Shown: positions 10,676 to 19,749 of the stretch, one piece after another
Position numbering within the stretch: the first letter of the stretch is position 1
Layout: every line of letters begins with the position of its first letter
Assembly: GCA_963777315.1 (NCBI GenBank)
Contig: CAVZQC010000005.1
Location: 64,001-128,000, forward strand
Direction of reading: 5' to 3'
Origin: Vulcanimicrobiota bacterium
GTDB taxonomy: Bacteria; Vulcanimicrobiota; Vulcanimicrobiia; Vulcanimicrobiales; Vulcanimicrobiaceae
Length of the DNA: 64,000 bases
Made by a program: the position numbers and the translations under genes
The notes under the pieces: generated by a model
Databases searched by the model: none
Told to the model about the DNA's origin: nothing
Seen by the model: only the letters and a program-made list of their open reading frames with translations

Positions 10676-11335
10676 GTGTTTGGCGGTTTTTGGGCATTCA
10701 TGCAGCAGGGCGGCTGGGACATGTGGCTGCTGCTGCTCCTTTCCATCGTGGGTCTGGCGGTCGTCATCGAGAGGCTCTACTTCTTCGCCATGCAGCATGG
10801 CGACACGAAGGGGCTATTGCGCTCGATCGGCCAGAAAATCGCGCAAGACGACGTCGAAGGCGCGATCAAGGTATGCCGGGCGCAGCGCGGCATGCTGCCG
10901 CGCATTCTCGAGTTCGGCTTGCTGCGCGGAGAGAAAAATCGCGCCGACATCACGGACGCGCTCTCCATCGCGCTCATGGAGCATCTGAACTCGCTCGAAC
11001 GTAATTTGGGCATCGTCGGCACCATCGCCGTCATCGCACCCTTCGTGGGTCTGTTCGGTACGGTGCTCGGCATCATCCGAGCGTTCCAGGACATCGCGCT
11101 CAAGGGCAATTCCACTCCGGCGGTAGTCGCGGCCGGCGTCTCGGAAGCGCTCATCACCACGGCGTCCGGACTGATCATCGCCGTCATCGCGGTGGTGTTC
11201 TTCAACTACTTCAAGACGCGCATCAAAGCGTACAATCAAGAGATGATCGTCGCGGCCAACCAGATGGCCGAGATGCTGCACTTCCACAACACCGGCGCTC
11301 CCATCCCCACCGACCTGTACCAGCCGGTCAAGTAG
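10676..11335 (+). CDS. exbB: MotA/TolQ/ExbB proton channel
   Basis: GTIAVIAPFVGLFGTVLGII, GVSEALITTASGL. Confidence 0.9.
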   Translation: MFGGFWAFMQQGGWDMWLLLLLSIVGLAVVIERLYFFAMQHGDTKGLLRSIGQKIAQDDVEGAIKVCRAQRGMLPRILEFGLLRGEKNRADITDALSIALMEHLNSLERNLGIVGTIAVIAPFVGLFGTVLGIIRAFQDIALKGNSTPAVVAAGVSEALITTASGLIIAVIAVVFFNYFKTRIKAYNQEMIVAANQMAEMLHFHNTGAPIPTDLYQPVK

Positions 11336-11348
11336 CGGGAGCACTTCG

Positions 11349-11759
11349 GTGAGCCTTCTCTCGGCAAAGCAGGACGAAGAGGTGATGGCGGAGATCAACA
11401 TCACGCCGTTCACCGATGTCCTGCTCGTGCTGCTCATCATCTTCATGATCCTGGCCGCGCTCGTTACGCCGCCGGGCTTCGAAAAAGAGCTGCCCAACAA
11501 CAACAATTCGCAGCCGCAGACGCAAAAGCAGCATAACGACATCGAAATCGACGTCAACAACAAGGGCGTGATCTTCGTCGACGGCCAAAAGACCGACGAG
11601 AACGGCATCTATGGCGTGATGTTGACGGAGCGCGCCAAACGCGGAAACAAGCACGTCTCGATCATCGCCGACGCCAAGGCGCCGTACGGCATCATCATCC
11701 GCATCCTCGACGCCGCGAAGGTGGCAGGGCTCGAGGACGTGGGTTTCGTTACTTCGTAG
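11349..11759 (+). CDS. exbD: ExbD/TolR biopolymer transporter
   Basis: EINITPFTDVLLVLLIIFM, IIADAKAPYG. Confidence 0.9.
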   Translation: MSLLSAKQDEEVMAEINITPFTDVLLVLLIIFMILAALVTPPGFEKELPNNNNSQPQTQKQHNDIEIDVNNKGVIFVDGQKTDENGIYGVMLTERAKRGNKHVSIIADAKAPYGIIIRILDAAKVAGLEDVGFVTS

Positions 11760-11780
11760 TGGAGGTTTAAGAAGTAAGTC

Positions 11781-12194
11781 GTGGCCGTTTCAACGGGTCA
11801 AGGCGAAGAAGAAGTCATGTCGACCATCAACATCACGCCGTTCACCGACGTGCTGCTGGTCCTGCTGATCATCTTCATCATTCTCGCCTCAGTCACTAAA
11901 GAGCCGCCGCTCCCCTTGGCCAAAAACCGGGACAAGGTGCTGCCCTCGCAAATCGTCGTGATCATCGACGACAAGAACACGATTCAAATCGGCTCGAACA
12001 CCGTCGACATCCAGCAAGCCAAAGGCGCCTTCGCCGACCTGCAGGCAAACACGGGCAATCACTTCAAGAGCGTGATCATCAAGGCGGACCCCAAGGCGAA
12101 CTACGGCACGATTTTGGAGGTGATGGACGCGGCCAAGTCCGTCAATCTCACGGAGTTCGGCCTGGCGAATAAGATCGAGGGAAGCAAGACCTAA
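11781..12194 (+). CDS. exbD: ExbD/TolR biopolymer transporter (second copy)
   Basis: TINITPFTDVLLVLLIIF, IKADPKANYG. Confidence 0.9.
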   Translation: MAVSTGQGEEEVMSTINITPFTDVLLVLLIIFIILASVTKEPPLPLAKNRDKVLPSQIVVIIDDKNTIQIGSNTVDIQQAKGAFADLQANTGNHFKSVIIKADPKANYGTILEVMDAAKSVNLTEFGLANKIEGSKT

Positions 12195-12196
12195 CC

Positions 12197-12937
12197 GTGG
12201 CAAAGAAAAACGGTTCGCCCTTCATTACGTCGGGCGAGCACATCCGCAGTTTCATCGGCTGGGCATTCGTAATCTCGATCGCCCTGCATTTTGTCGCGGC
12301 GCCGTTCTTGCGCAACATGACGCAGCATACCGAAGAGCAGACGGTCGAAAAGGTGTCGGTGACCAAGAAGATCACCGTCAAACCTCCGACGCCGCCGCCG
12401 CCCACGCCCACGCCGCCGCCGCCGAAAACCACCCCGCCTCCCCAGCAAAAACCGCAGCAGCAGCCTCAGCCCAAACTCAAGGTCGAACCGCCCAAGACGA
12501 CCAGCAACAACGCGTCGACGACCTCGAGCGAAAACAAGTATATTCCGCCGCAGAAGGGCACTGAGAACGGTGTACCGGCAGGGACCGTCGCCAGCGCTGC
12601 ACCCGCGCCGGCGGCACCGACCGCGCCGCCCGGCACGCCGAAACCCGCGTGCCAAACGCCGTATCAGGATGCGACGGCAGTTCAGGCCGTCACTCCAGAT
12701 TATCCGGAGGCCGCGCGCGAACAAGGCTTGGGACAGGTCGAAGTCAACGTCATCGTAACGCTGTCGGCGTCCGGCGCGCCGATCGGCGTTACGCTGCAGA
12801 ACTCCTCGGGCAACATGTCGATCGATCAGGCGGCAAAACAGGCGGCCATGGGATCGACGTATGCTCCGAAAATCGTCAATTGCCAGAAAGTGCAATCGCA
12901 GTACATTTACAAAGTCACCTTCGATCCCAATAGCTGA
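12197..12937 (+). CDS. tonB: Energy transducer TonB
   Basis: TM with SIALH motif, Pro-rich linker, PDYPEAAREQGLGQVEVNV TonB_C domain. Confidence 0.88.
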   Translation: MAKKNGSPFITSGEHIRSFIGWAFVISIALHFVAAPFLRNMTQHTEEQTVEKVSVTKKITVKPPTPPPPTPTPPPPKTTPPPQQKPQQQPQPKLKVEPPKTTSNNASTTSSENKYIPPQKGTENGVPAGTVASAAPAPAAPTAPPGTPKPACQTPYQDATAVQAVTPDYPEAAREQGLGQVEVNVIVTLSASGAPIGVTLQNSSGNMSIDQAAKQAAMGSTYAPKIVNCQKVQSQYIYKVTFDPNS

Positions 12938-12970
12938 TCGCGCGCTCGCACCGAGCGCAGCATCTTCGAA

Positions 12971-13624
12971 ATGTACGTCAAGCGTTCGCGAACGCTGCTG
13001 ATCGCCGCCGCGGTCGTTTCCCTGCTGGTCCATCTCATTCTGGCCGGGTACGTCAGATGGCCGGTGTTCGACCGGTCTCCCGAGCAAGAACGGCTCACGC
13101 GAATACGCATTCTGCGCGTCGCGCGCCGGGTACCGCAGACGCCGCAACCTACGCCGGCACCCACTCCGATTCGAACGCCGGCCGTGCGCGCGAGCATCGT
13201 TCCGCCTGCGATCGCCGCGCGCGGTTCGAAGGGACTCGCGCCGGCCAAAACGCTTGCCGTTCCGGCCGCCGGCACGCCTCCTCCTCGCGCCAAGCCGGCT
13301 CCGACCCCGGCTGCCACGGCTACGGCGTCCGGGCCGTGCGCCGGCCATGCCGACACCGACCCGACAGTCGCCGCAACGCCGGATGCCGCGGACATCCCGC
13401 CGCAGGCGCGCGCGAGCAAAGCGAGCGGAACTGCAGCGGTACGTGTGTCGCTGGACGCAGAGGCGCGCGTGCTGCAGGCGAACCTGACGGTGTCTTCAGG
13501 CAATGCGGGGCTGGATGCGGTCGCCGTGCAGATGGCGCGCGGCGCATCGTACACTCCCAAGTACGTCGGCTGCAAAGCCGTTGCGGGCGATTACACGTTC
13601 ACGGTAAAATTCGTCGCTTGGTAA
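12971..13624 (+). CDS. TonB family protein (second)
   Basis: TM with SLLVH, Pro/Thr/Ala linker, SGTAAVRVSLDAEARV...SSGNAGLDAVAV TonB_C domain. Confidence 0.82.
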   Translation: MYVKRSRTLLIAAAVVSLLVHLILAGYVRWPVFDRSPEQERLTRIRILRVARRVPQTPQPTPAPTPIRTPAVRASIVPPAIAARGSKGLAPAKTLAVPAAGTPPPRAKPAPTPAATATASGPCAGHADTDPTVAATPDAADIPPQARASKASGTAAVRVSLDAEARVLQANLTVSSGNAGLDAVAVQMARGASYTPKYVGCKAVAGDYTFTVKFVAW

Positions 13625-13637
13625 CGGGTTGCCGTTT

Positions 13638-13821
13638 GGACGCCGGTGTCGCGCGCCTACGCGGACCTCGTGCCGGACCGTTCGAAAATCAACATCGTGT
13701 TGATTTTCTACTCGCGCCGCTTTTTCGAGAGAACGAAGTTTTGAAGTCGACATCGTGTCGAACTCGAAAAAGTCGGAGCGTCCCGCAACGAGGTCCGCGT
13801 AGGCGTGCAACACCGGCGTCC
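13638..13821. repeat. 184-bp palindromic element with 34-bp terminal inverted repeats and two internal ACATCGTGT-centred palindromes
   Basis: Arms 13638-13671 and 13788-13821 match at 32/34; internal palindromes at 13684-13708 and 13747-13761. Confidence 0.85.
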
Positions 13822-13847
13822 GTGGGCGCTCGCATGCGCGGTTCCGG

Positions 13848-14279
13848 CTAAATGACTCCCATGTCGCGAAGCAATCGAAGCGTATCGATGTAGCGCGTGA
13901 GGTCCTTTTGCGTTTCTTCGTCGACGTCCACGAAAGCGACCCCGGTGCGATGCCGCTGCAGCATCGGATCGAAATGTGACCAGCGCACCATGCCGTTGAG
14001 GCGAATCATCGGGCGCGTGTCGCCGCGCAGCTCCAGGGTGACCGTGATCGGCGCTTCTTTTTGCAGCTCCGCATTGGTGATCATCGCCATGCCGCCCAGC
14101 GCGATGTCGTACGTTTCGGTGAATTCCGGAGCGAAGTCTCCGGAGATGCTGTACGACACGAGCAGCGTGTCGCCCAGGCGCTCGAATTCGCGCTGGTGGC
14201 CGTACTGCTCGCGCTCTTCGGAATCGCGCGAGTCCGATTCTGGCTCCACGCTTTGCGCCTTAGGCGTCTCAAGGAGCAA
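13848..14279 (-). CDS. PilZ domain protein (putative c-di-GMP receptor)
   Basis: QREFER (RxxxR) and DIALGG (D/NxSxxG-like) motifs, GMVRWS...TGVAF; start TTG 14279 or GTG 14249. Confidence 0.8.
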   Translation of the reverse strand: MLLETPKAQSVEPESDSRDSEEREQYGHQREFERLGDTLLVSYSISGDFAPEFTETYDIALGGMAMITNAELQKEAPITVTLELRGDTRPMIRLNGMVRWSHFDPMLQRHRTGVAFVDVDEETQKDLTRYIDTLRLLRDMGVI

Positions 14280-14306
14280 TCCTTCCAGCGACGTATCCAG
14301 GGCAGC

Positions 14307-15167
14307 GTGACGTTCGTCCAGGCCATGACGCTCGCGCTGCTGCAAGGCGTGAGCGAACTTTTTCCCGTCAGCAGCCTGGGCCAGACCATCCTGATTCCCG
14401 CGCTGCTGCATTGGCGCAACGTCGACCGCGCCGACCCCACTTTTCTGGCCTTCGTGACGGTGCTGCATCTGGGAACGGCAGTTGCGCTGATGATTTTTTA
14501 CCGGCGCGCGTGGGTGAGAATCATCCGGGCTTTCGTCGGGAGCATCATTCGAGGACGAATCGGCACGGATCCCGACGAGCGCCTCGCGTGGCTGCTCGTG
14601 GTGGGCAGCATTCCGGTGGGATTGCTGGGCGTGCTGCTCAAAGACCCGGTACGGCATTTTTTCGGAAGCGCTCGGCTGGCGGCGGCGTTTTTGATTTTCA
14701 ACGCGCTCATCATGTTTTTCGGCGAATTTTTGCGGCGGCGGCAAAAAGCGCAATTTCACCGCCCCGACAAAAAGATCGCCCAGCTGAGCTGGGCCGAAAG
14801 CGTGGGCGTCGGATTCGGGCAGTCCTTTGCGTTGTTTCCGGGCATTTCGCGCTCGGGCGCTTCGATGGTCGCCGGGCTACTGGCCAACCTCAATCATGAG
14901 GATGCGGCCAATTATTCATTTTTGCTCGCAACGCCGGTTATTTTGGCGGCCGGCCTGCTGGAAGTGCCGGATCTGATCGGGCCGGGAAGACACTTGGTGC
15001 TTGTCCAAGCAGTGATCGGCGGCGTTGTCGCAGGCATTGCAGCGTACGCTTCGGTCGCGTTTCTGGTTCGGTACTTCCAAAACAACGATCTGCGCCCGTT
15101 CGGCTGGTACTGTTTGATCTTCGGCGCAGTGTGTTTGGCGCTGGCCGCCAAAGGGGTCATTCAATGA
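14307..15167 (+). CDS. uppP: Undecaprenyl-diphosphatase
   Basis: LQGVSELFPVSSLG, LHLGT, PGISRSG, multi-TM. Confidence 0.92.
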   Translation: MTFVQAMTLALLQGVSELFPVSSLGQTILIPALLHWRNVDRADPTFLAFVTVLHLGTAVALMIFYRRAWVRIIRAFVGSIIRGRIGTDPDERLAWLLVVGSIPVGLLGVLLKDPVRHFFGSARLAAAFLIFNALIMFFGEFLRRRQKAQFHRPDKKIAQLSWAESVGVGFGQSFALFPGISRSGASMVAGLLANLNHEDAANYSFLLATPVILAAGLLEVPDLIGPGRHLVLVQAVIGGVVAGIAAYASVAFLVRYFQNNDLRPFGWYCLIFGAVCLALAAKGVIQ

Positions 15168-15358
15168 AAATCGTCGCCATCGTTCTGGGCATTATCTTCG
15201 TCATTTTGGCCATCCTCACGTGGACCGGCGGGGCGCACGTGCTGCCCGCGATCGGACTGGACGGTAAACATCACACCAAGCATACGATCTTGTATGCGAT
15301 TATCGCCGTGCTGTGTTTCGTATGGGCGCGCATGTCCACCGAACCGGCGCGCGTGTAG
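15164..15358 (+). CDS. Small two-TM membrane protein
   Basis: ATGA overlap with uppP stop; two hydrophobic helices around a His-rich loop. Confidence 0.65.
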   Translation: MKIVAIVLGIIFVILAILTWTGGAHVLPAIGLDGKHHTKHTILYAIIAVLCFVWARMSTEPARV

Positions 15359-15360
15359 TT

Positions 15361-16275
15361 CTATTTCTTGCCGATGAGATATGCTTCGTTCGGGTGCGGC
15401 GCGAATACTTCGACGTGCGCGCGCGCGTTGCGAAGATGCGGTTCGAACTCACGCAGGCGCTGCTGGGTCGTTTGTATGATAACCACCGGATAGTCGGCGG
15501 CGTTGGACAGCACGCTCGCCACCGCGCGCGCGTACCCATGCTCGTCGGCGCTGCGCTGGCCGAACAGCGAATCGCGGTAGACGTGCTCGATGTTGTAATA
15601 CGGATTGCCCTGCCACCAGGCTTCCCACATCCAAATGCGGGCGTCGGCGCTGCGGAATGAATTGCGGGCCGGCGGCGCGATAAACAGCGCATCGGCCTGA
15701 TGCGCGCCGATCGTTGCCAAAACGTCGCCGCGGCGCACGGTGTTGCGGCGCAGGTTCGTAGCCACCCAGCGATCCGTTTTGCTGATGTAGTCCCATGCCA
15801 GCTCGCTTGGGGGAACGTCCGGCATATCGTCGGGGTAGTGCGCTTTCTGCAGCCAGTAACACAAGACGTTCCAGAGCCCCACGATGGCAAGTCCGGTTTG
15901 GCCGTCGCTGCGCAGATTGTGCACGTTATCGTGCCACACGCCCAAATAGACGCACTGTTCTTCGGTAAAAAAGACGCCTTCCCAAGCTTTGAACAGGTCG
16001 ACGGAGTAGATGCGTCCCGGGAGCATTTCCACGATTTCGGCCACTTCGTTGTCGCGCAGCACGGTGAAGTCGTTGACCACCAGGCCTTCGCCGGCGCGCA
16101 CGAACCATTCGACCAAGTCGCCGCCGTGAGCCGCCAAGCCGTGGCGTTTGAGATAATTGAGATGCGTCGGAATGCCCATGAAGGGATCGACGACGCTGCT
16201 GCATCCGTATTTGCGCAGGATCTCTTCCAGCCGGGACGAGGAGATACGGCGCGTTCGCTCGTGCAGTTCGATCAC
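15361..16275 (-). CDS. Hypothetical protein, degenerate DNA adenine methyltransferase-like (D12/alpha class)
   Basis: VVDPFMG...GGD (motif I-like), GVFFTEEQC, NTVRRGDVL...ADALFIAPP where DPPY would be; GTGA overlap with the upstream gene. Confidence 0.55.
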   Translation of the reverse strand: MIELHERTRRISSSRLEEILRKYGCSSVVDPFMGIPTHLNYLKRHGLAAHGGDLVEWFVRAGEGLVVNDFTVLRDNEVAEIVEMLPGRIYSVDLFKAWEGVFFTEEQCVYLGVWHDNVHNLRSDGQTGLAIVGLWNVLCYWLQKAHYPDDMPDVPPSELAWDYISKTDRWVATNLRRNTVRRGDVLATIGAHQADALFIAPPARNSFRSADARIWMWEAWWQGNPYYNIEHVYRDSLFGQRSADEHGYARAVASVLSNAADYPVVIIQTTQQRLREFEPHLRNARAHVEVFAPHPNEAYLIGKK

Positions 16276-17456
16276 GTCCGCGCCTTGAGCACTTCGGCCA
16301 ATGCCCGCACGGCTTTGGGATCGAATTGCGTGCCTGCTGCGGTTTCGAGGCGAACGATCGGCAGGATGCGATGCTCGGCAACGCGCGTCCGGTACGCTTC
16401 GTCCAGCGCTTCGTATGCAATGGCAAGAGCGAGCACGTGTGCCGCCGGCGGGATAGCATCGTGCCGCAACCCGTCGGGCGCTCCGGTGCCATCATACCAC
16501 TCGGCGCGCGCGCGCACGATTGGAGCGGCACCCTGCAGGAAGGGGCATCGCGCGATCGATTCGGCGGCGCGCACGGCATTGTCGGCGCGCGTCTGTATGC
16601 CCAAACGCCCGAGCGCGTCGAACGCGGCGGACTCGCTCCGGGGCGAGCGCAGCTCGCCCAGACCGTACACTGCGCTCGCGAGCTGCAAACTGCGCAACGT
16701 TTCGGCGGACAATGCGAGGGCGCAGCCGATATCGTTCGCGCGTGCAGCCACGCGTTGCGCCCGCTCGGGCGTGCCGTTGTGCTCGTCGATCAGCTGCGAC
16801 AGGATCGTCACGATCTCGTCGGGAGTGCTGCGGCCGGCGTTCAGCGCCGCATGCGGAACATCGATGGGCTCGATCGTGCCGCCGAACGTATGAAACCACA
16901 TGACGAACGCGCGAACTTGCTCGGGCGCGAACGTCCTTCCGCTCCCGGCGGATATTCCGGCCAGCGCTTCTTCCGGTTCTGCGAACGCAACGAAACTGGC
17001 GGCAAGGTGCAGCAATTGCGCCGGCTTTGGAATGCCGGACCAGCGCAATTGGTCCGGAAATCCGGTGCCGTCCCAACATTCGGATTGCCAGCGCACGATA
17101 TCGGCGGTTGCATCCGGCAGAGCGGCGATGCGCTCGCACACCCGCGCGCCATGCGCCGGAATGTCCCAGCGAGCAATTGCGGCCGTGCGTTCATTTTGCG
17201 GTTCGCCCTTGGCAAAAGCCGCGTTTCCCAATGCGCCGGCGTTGCGAAGCTGCGCTGCAAAGTAGAGCGCATCGCAATCCTGTGATGCCAATCCGGCAAG
17301 GCGCGCCATGGCGACCGCCAGAGCGGCAACGCGTTCGCCGTCTTGCGGCGCTCCGCCGGCGGCGTGATCGGCTACGTTTCCGAAGAACGAGAGTGCTTGA
17401 CCGAGGGCCACGGACTCGGGGCTCGAACTCCCGTCAGAACCTTCGCTGAAGGACAT
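16272..17456 (-). CDS. Tandem HD-GYP-like domain protein, both domains degenerate
   Basis: ECWDGTGFPD and EWYDGTGAPDGL motifs, GTQFDPKAV end; HD positions read RN and YG. Confidence 0.8.
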   Translation of the reverse strand: MSFSEGSDGSSSPESVALGQALSFFGNVADHAAGGAPQDGERVAALAVAMARLAGLASQDCDALYFAAQLRNAGALGNAAFAKGEPQNERTAAIARWDIPAHGARVCERIAALPDATADIVRWQSECWDGTGFPDQLRWSGIPKPAQLLHLAASFVAFAEPEEALAGISAGSGRTFAPEQVRAFVMWFHTFGGTIEPIDVPHAALNAGRSTPDEIVTILSQLIDEHNGTPERAQRVAARANDIGCALALSAETLRSLQLASAVYGLGELRSPRSESAAFDALGRLGIQTRADNAVRAAESIARCPFLQGAAPIVRARAEWYDGTGAPDGLRHDAIPPAAHVLALAIAYEALDEAYRTRVAEHRILPIVRLETAAGTQFDPKAVRALAEVLKART

Positions 17457-17480
17457 TCTTTCGTCCGTTTTTCTATTACC

Positions 17481-17948
17481 GTGCCGAAACCCTCACATAT
17501 CGCCGACGACGGCAGCATTTTTATGGTCGACGTCTCGCAAAAAACGCCGACGCCGCGAACCGCTCGGGCGCAGGCCCGCGTCCATTTAGGCGCGGCAGCT
17601 GCGGCCGCGCTGCGGAGCGCGACGCTGGTCAAGGGCGATGCATTCGCGGCCGCTCAGCTGGCCGGCATCATGGCGGCGAAGCACACCTCTACGCTCATTC
17701 CACTCACGCACGTCATCCCGCTTTCCGCCGTCGACGTGGCGCTGCGTTGGAAGGACGACGTGCTCGTTATCGAGGCTGAGGCGAAAACCGTTGCAGTGAC
17801 CGGCGTCGAAATGGAAGCGATGGTCGCTGCGGCGGTGAGCGCGCTCACGATTTACGACATGGCAAAAGCCGTTTCGAAAGACATCACGATTGAATCGGTG
17901 CGCTTGCTGCGCAAGACCGGCGGCAAGAGCGGTACGTATGAACGCTAA
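17481..17948 (+). CDS. moaC: Cyclic pyranopterin monophosphate synthase
   Basis: MVDVSQK, AGIMAAKHTSTLIPLTH, TGVEMEA, KTGGKSG. Confidence 0.93.
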   Translation: MPKPSHIADDGSIFMVDVSQKTPTPRTARAQARVHLGAAAAAALRSATLVKGDAFAAAQLAGIMAAKHTSTLIPLTHVIPLSAVDVALRWKDDVLVIEAEAKTVAVTGVEMEAMVAAAVSALTIYDMAKAVSKDITIESVRLLRKTGGKSGTYER

Positions 17949-18420
17949 GGCTGCGCTCGTCGTGCTTTCGGACCGGGCGGCTTCGGGCTCGCGTGCGGAT
18001 CTCTGCTTGCCGGTGATGCGCGAACGTTTGGGACCGGCGTACGAAATCGTGCGCGAAACGGTGCTTCCCGACGACGCATCGGCGCTGCAGGCCGAACTGA
18101 TCGATCTCTGCGACCGCGGCGCCGCATCGCTGATACTCACCAGCGGAGGCACCGGCCTTGGACCGCGCGACCGCACGCCGCAGGCCACGGCGGCAATTCT
18201 GGACTACGAAGTTCCCGGCATCGCCGAAGCGATTCGGGCCGCCTCGATGAAGATCGTCAAAAGCGCCATGCTTTCGCGCGCGCTTGCCGGCGTGCGCCAT
18301 CGTACGCTGATCGTCAATCTTCCCGGCAGCCCCAAAGCGGTGGGCGAATCGCTCGACGTCATTTTGCCGGTTTTGCCGCACGCCGTCGAACTGCTTGCCG
18401 GAGACGTCGTCGACGGCTGA
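17938..18420 (+). CDS. mog: Molybdopterin adenylyltransferase MogA/MoaB
   Basis: VLSDRA, TSGGTGLGPRDRTP, NLPGSPKAV. Confidence 0.88.
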   Translation: MNAKAALVVLSDRAASGSRADLCLPVMRERLGPAYEIVRETVLPDDASALQAELIDLCDRGAASLILTSGGTGLGPRDRTPQATAAILDYEVPGIAEAIRAASMKIVKSAMLSRALAGVRHRTLIVNLPGSPKAVGESLDVILPVLPHAVELLAGDVVDG

Positions 18421-18423
18421 TCC

Positions 18424-19749
18424 ATGGATTTCTCACAAGCGCAAACCTATTTGCTGGGAACGGTCAACGAAACGGCGTCTCGCCGCGAGCCGTATCGGCT
18501 GGATCGCATGCGTGCGTTCATGCACGAATTGGGCGATCCGCAGGACCGCTACCCGACGGTGCACGTCGGAGGAACCAGCGGAAAAGGCTCGACCTCGACG
18601 ATGATCGGGGCTGCGCTGAGCGCTTCGGGCAAGCGGACCGGCCTGCACACCAAGCCGCATCTGCGTTCGATGACCGAACGTGCCCGGATCGACGGCGCGG
18701 ACGTGCCCGAAGAACGGTTTGCCGAGCTGCTTGAGCAGATGATGCCCGCGATTCGACGCATTACCGACGAATACTCGCGTCCCTCGTACTATGAAACGCT
18801 GCTCGCGCTGGCGTTTTTGTATTTTGCGCAGGAACGGGTCGATGCCGCGGTCATTGAAGTGGGCATCGGCGGCAAACTCGACGGGACGAACATTTTGCTC
18901 CCGCGCGTGTGCGTCATTACGAACATCGGCTTGGACCACACCGAAATTCTGGGCGATTCGCTCGAAGAGATCGCTCTGGACAAAGCCGGTATCGCCAAGC
19001 CCGGCGTGCCGCTGGTCACCGCAGTCGATCGCCCCGGCCCGCGCGCCGTGATTGAAGCGCGCTGCCGCGAAGCCGGCGCACCGCTGGTCGCGGTCTTGGA
19101 CGTAACGGCCGTCAGCAAGCTCGAACTGGCGCAACGGGGACAGCGCTTTGCTTTGCGTACGCCGCAGCAAACCTACGACGTGACGTTGCCGCTGCTCGGG
19201 GAGTTTCAGCAGCGTAATGCGGCCACCGCTATCGTCGCGCTCGAACAGCTCGACGCGAAGCTGCGTCCCGGCAAGGACGCCATCGAACGCGGCCTTGCGA
19301 ATATGACTTTGGCGGGACGAATGGAATATTTCCCTTCACATCCCGGCATAGTGTTCGACGTGGCGCACAATCCCGACAAAGCCGCGCATTTGGCGCAATC
19401 CCTCATGATAACGTTTCCGGGCAGACGCTTTGCCTTCGTGATCGCCGTCGGCGCCGGCAAAGATGCGCCCGAAATCCTGCGCGCCTTCGCCGATTTGCCG
19501 GCTTCGTACGTCTTTACGTCGTTCGAAGCGCAGGGACGGACGGCATCCAAACCGCAGCGCCTGGCGGCGATCGCCGAAACGCTCGGAATATGGGGGCGTT
19601 CCATTGCGGATCCGATTGAAGCGCTGGCCATCGCCAGACGCAACGCTTCGAGCGAAGAAGTGATCGTGGTCACGGGTTCGACGTTCGTGGTTGCGGAGCT
19701 GCGCGAATGGTGGATCGAGAACGTCCTTGCCGGTCAGTTTGCGCGATAA
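18424..19749 (+). CDS. folC: Folylpolyglutamate synthase/dihydrofolate synthase
   Basis: HVGGTSGKGS, EVGIGGKLDGTN, DVAHNP. Confidence 0.93.
   Translation: MDFSQAQTYLLGTVNETASRREPYRLDRMRAFMHELGDPQDRYPTVHVGGTSGKGSTSTMIGAALSASGKRTGLHTKPHLRSMTERARIDGADVPEERFAELLEQMMPAIRRITDEYSRPSYYETLLALAFLYFAQERVDAAVIEVGIGGKLDGTNILLPRVCVITNIGLDHTEILGDSLEEIALDKAGIAKPGVPLVTAVDRPGPRAVIEARCREAGAPLVAVLDVTAVSKLELAQRGQRFALRTPQQTYDVTLPLLGEFQQRNAATAIVALEQLDAKLRPGKDAIERGLANMTLAGRMEYFPSHPGIVFDVAHNPDKAAHLAQSLMITFPGRRFAFVIAVGAGKDAPEILRAFADLPASYVFTSFEAQGRTASKPQRLAAIAETLGIWGRSIADPIEALAIARRNASSEEVIVVTGSTFVVAELREWWIENVLAGQFAR

Noticed and set aside
15361..16275. Restriction-modification or anti-phage defence system
   Set aside because: Catalytic motif is altered and no nuclease, specificity subunit or mobile context is present
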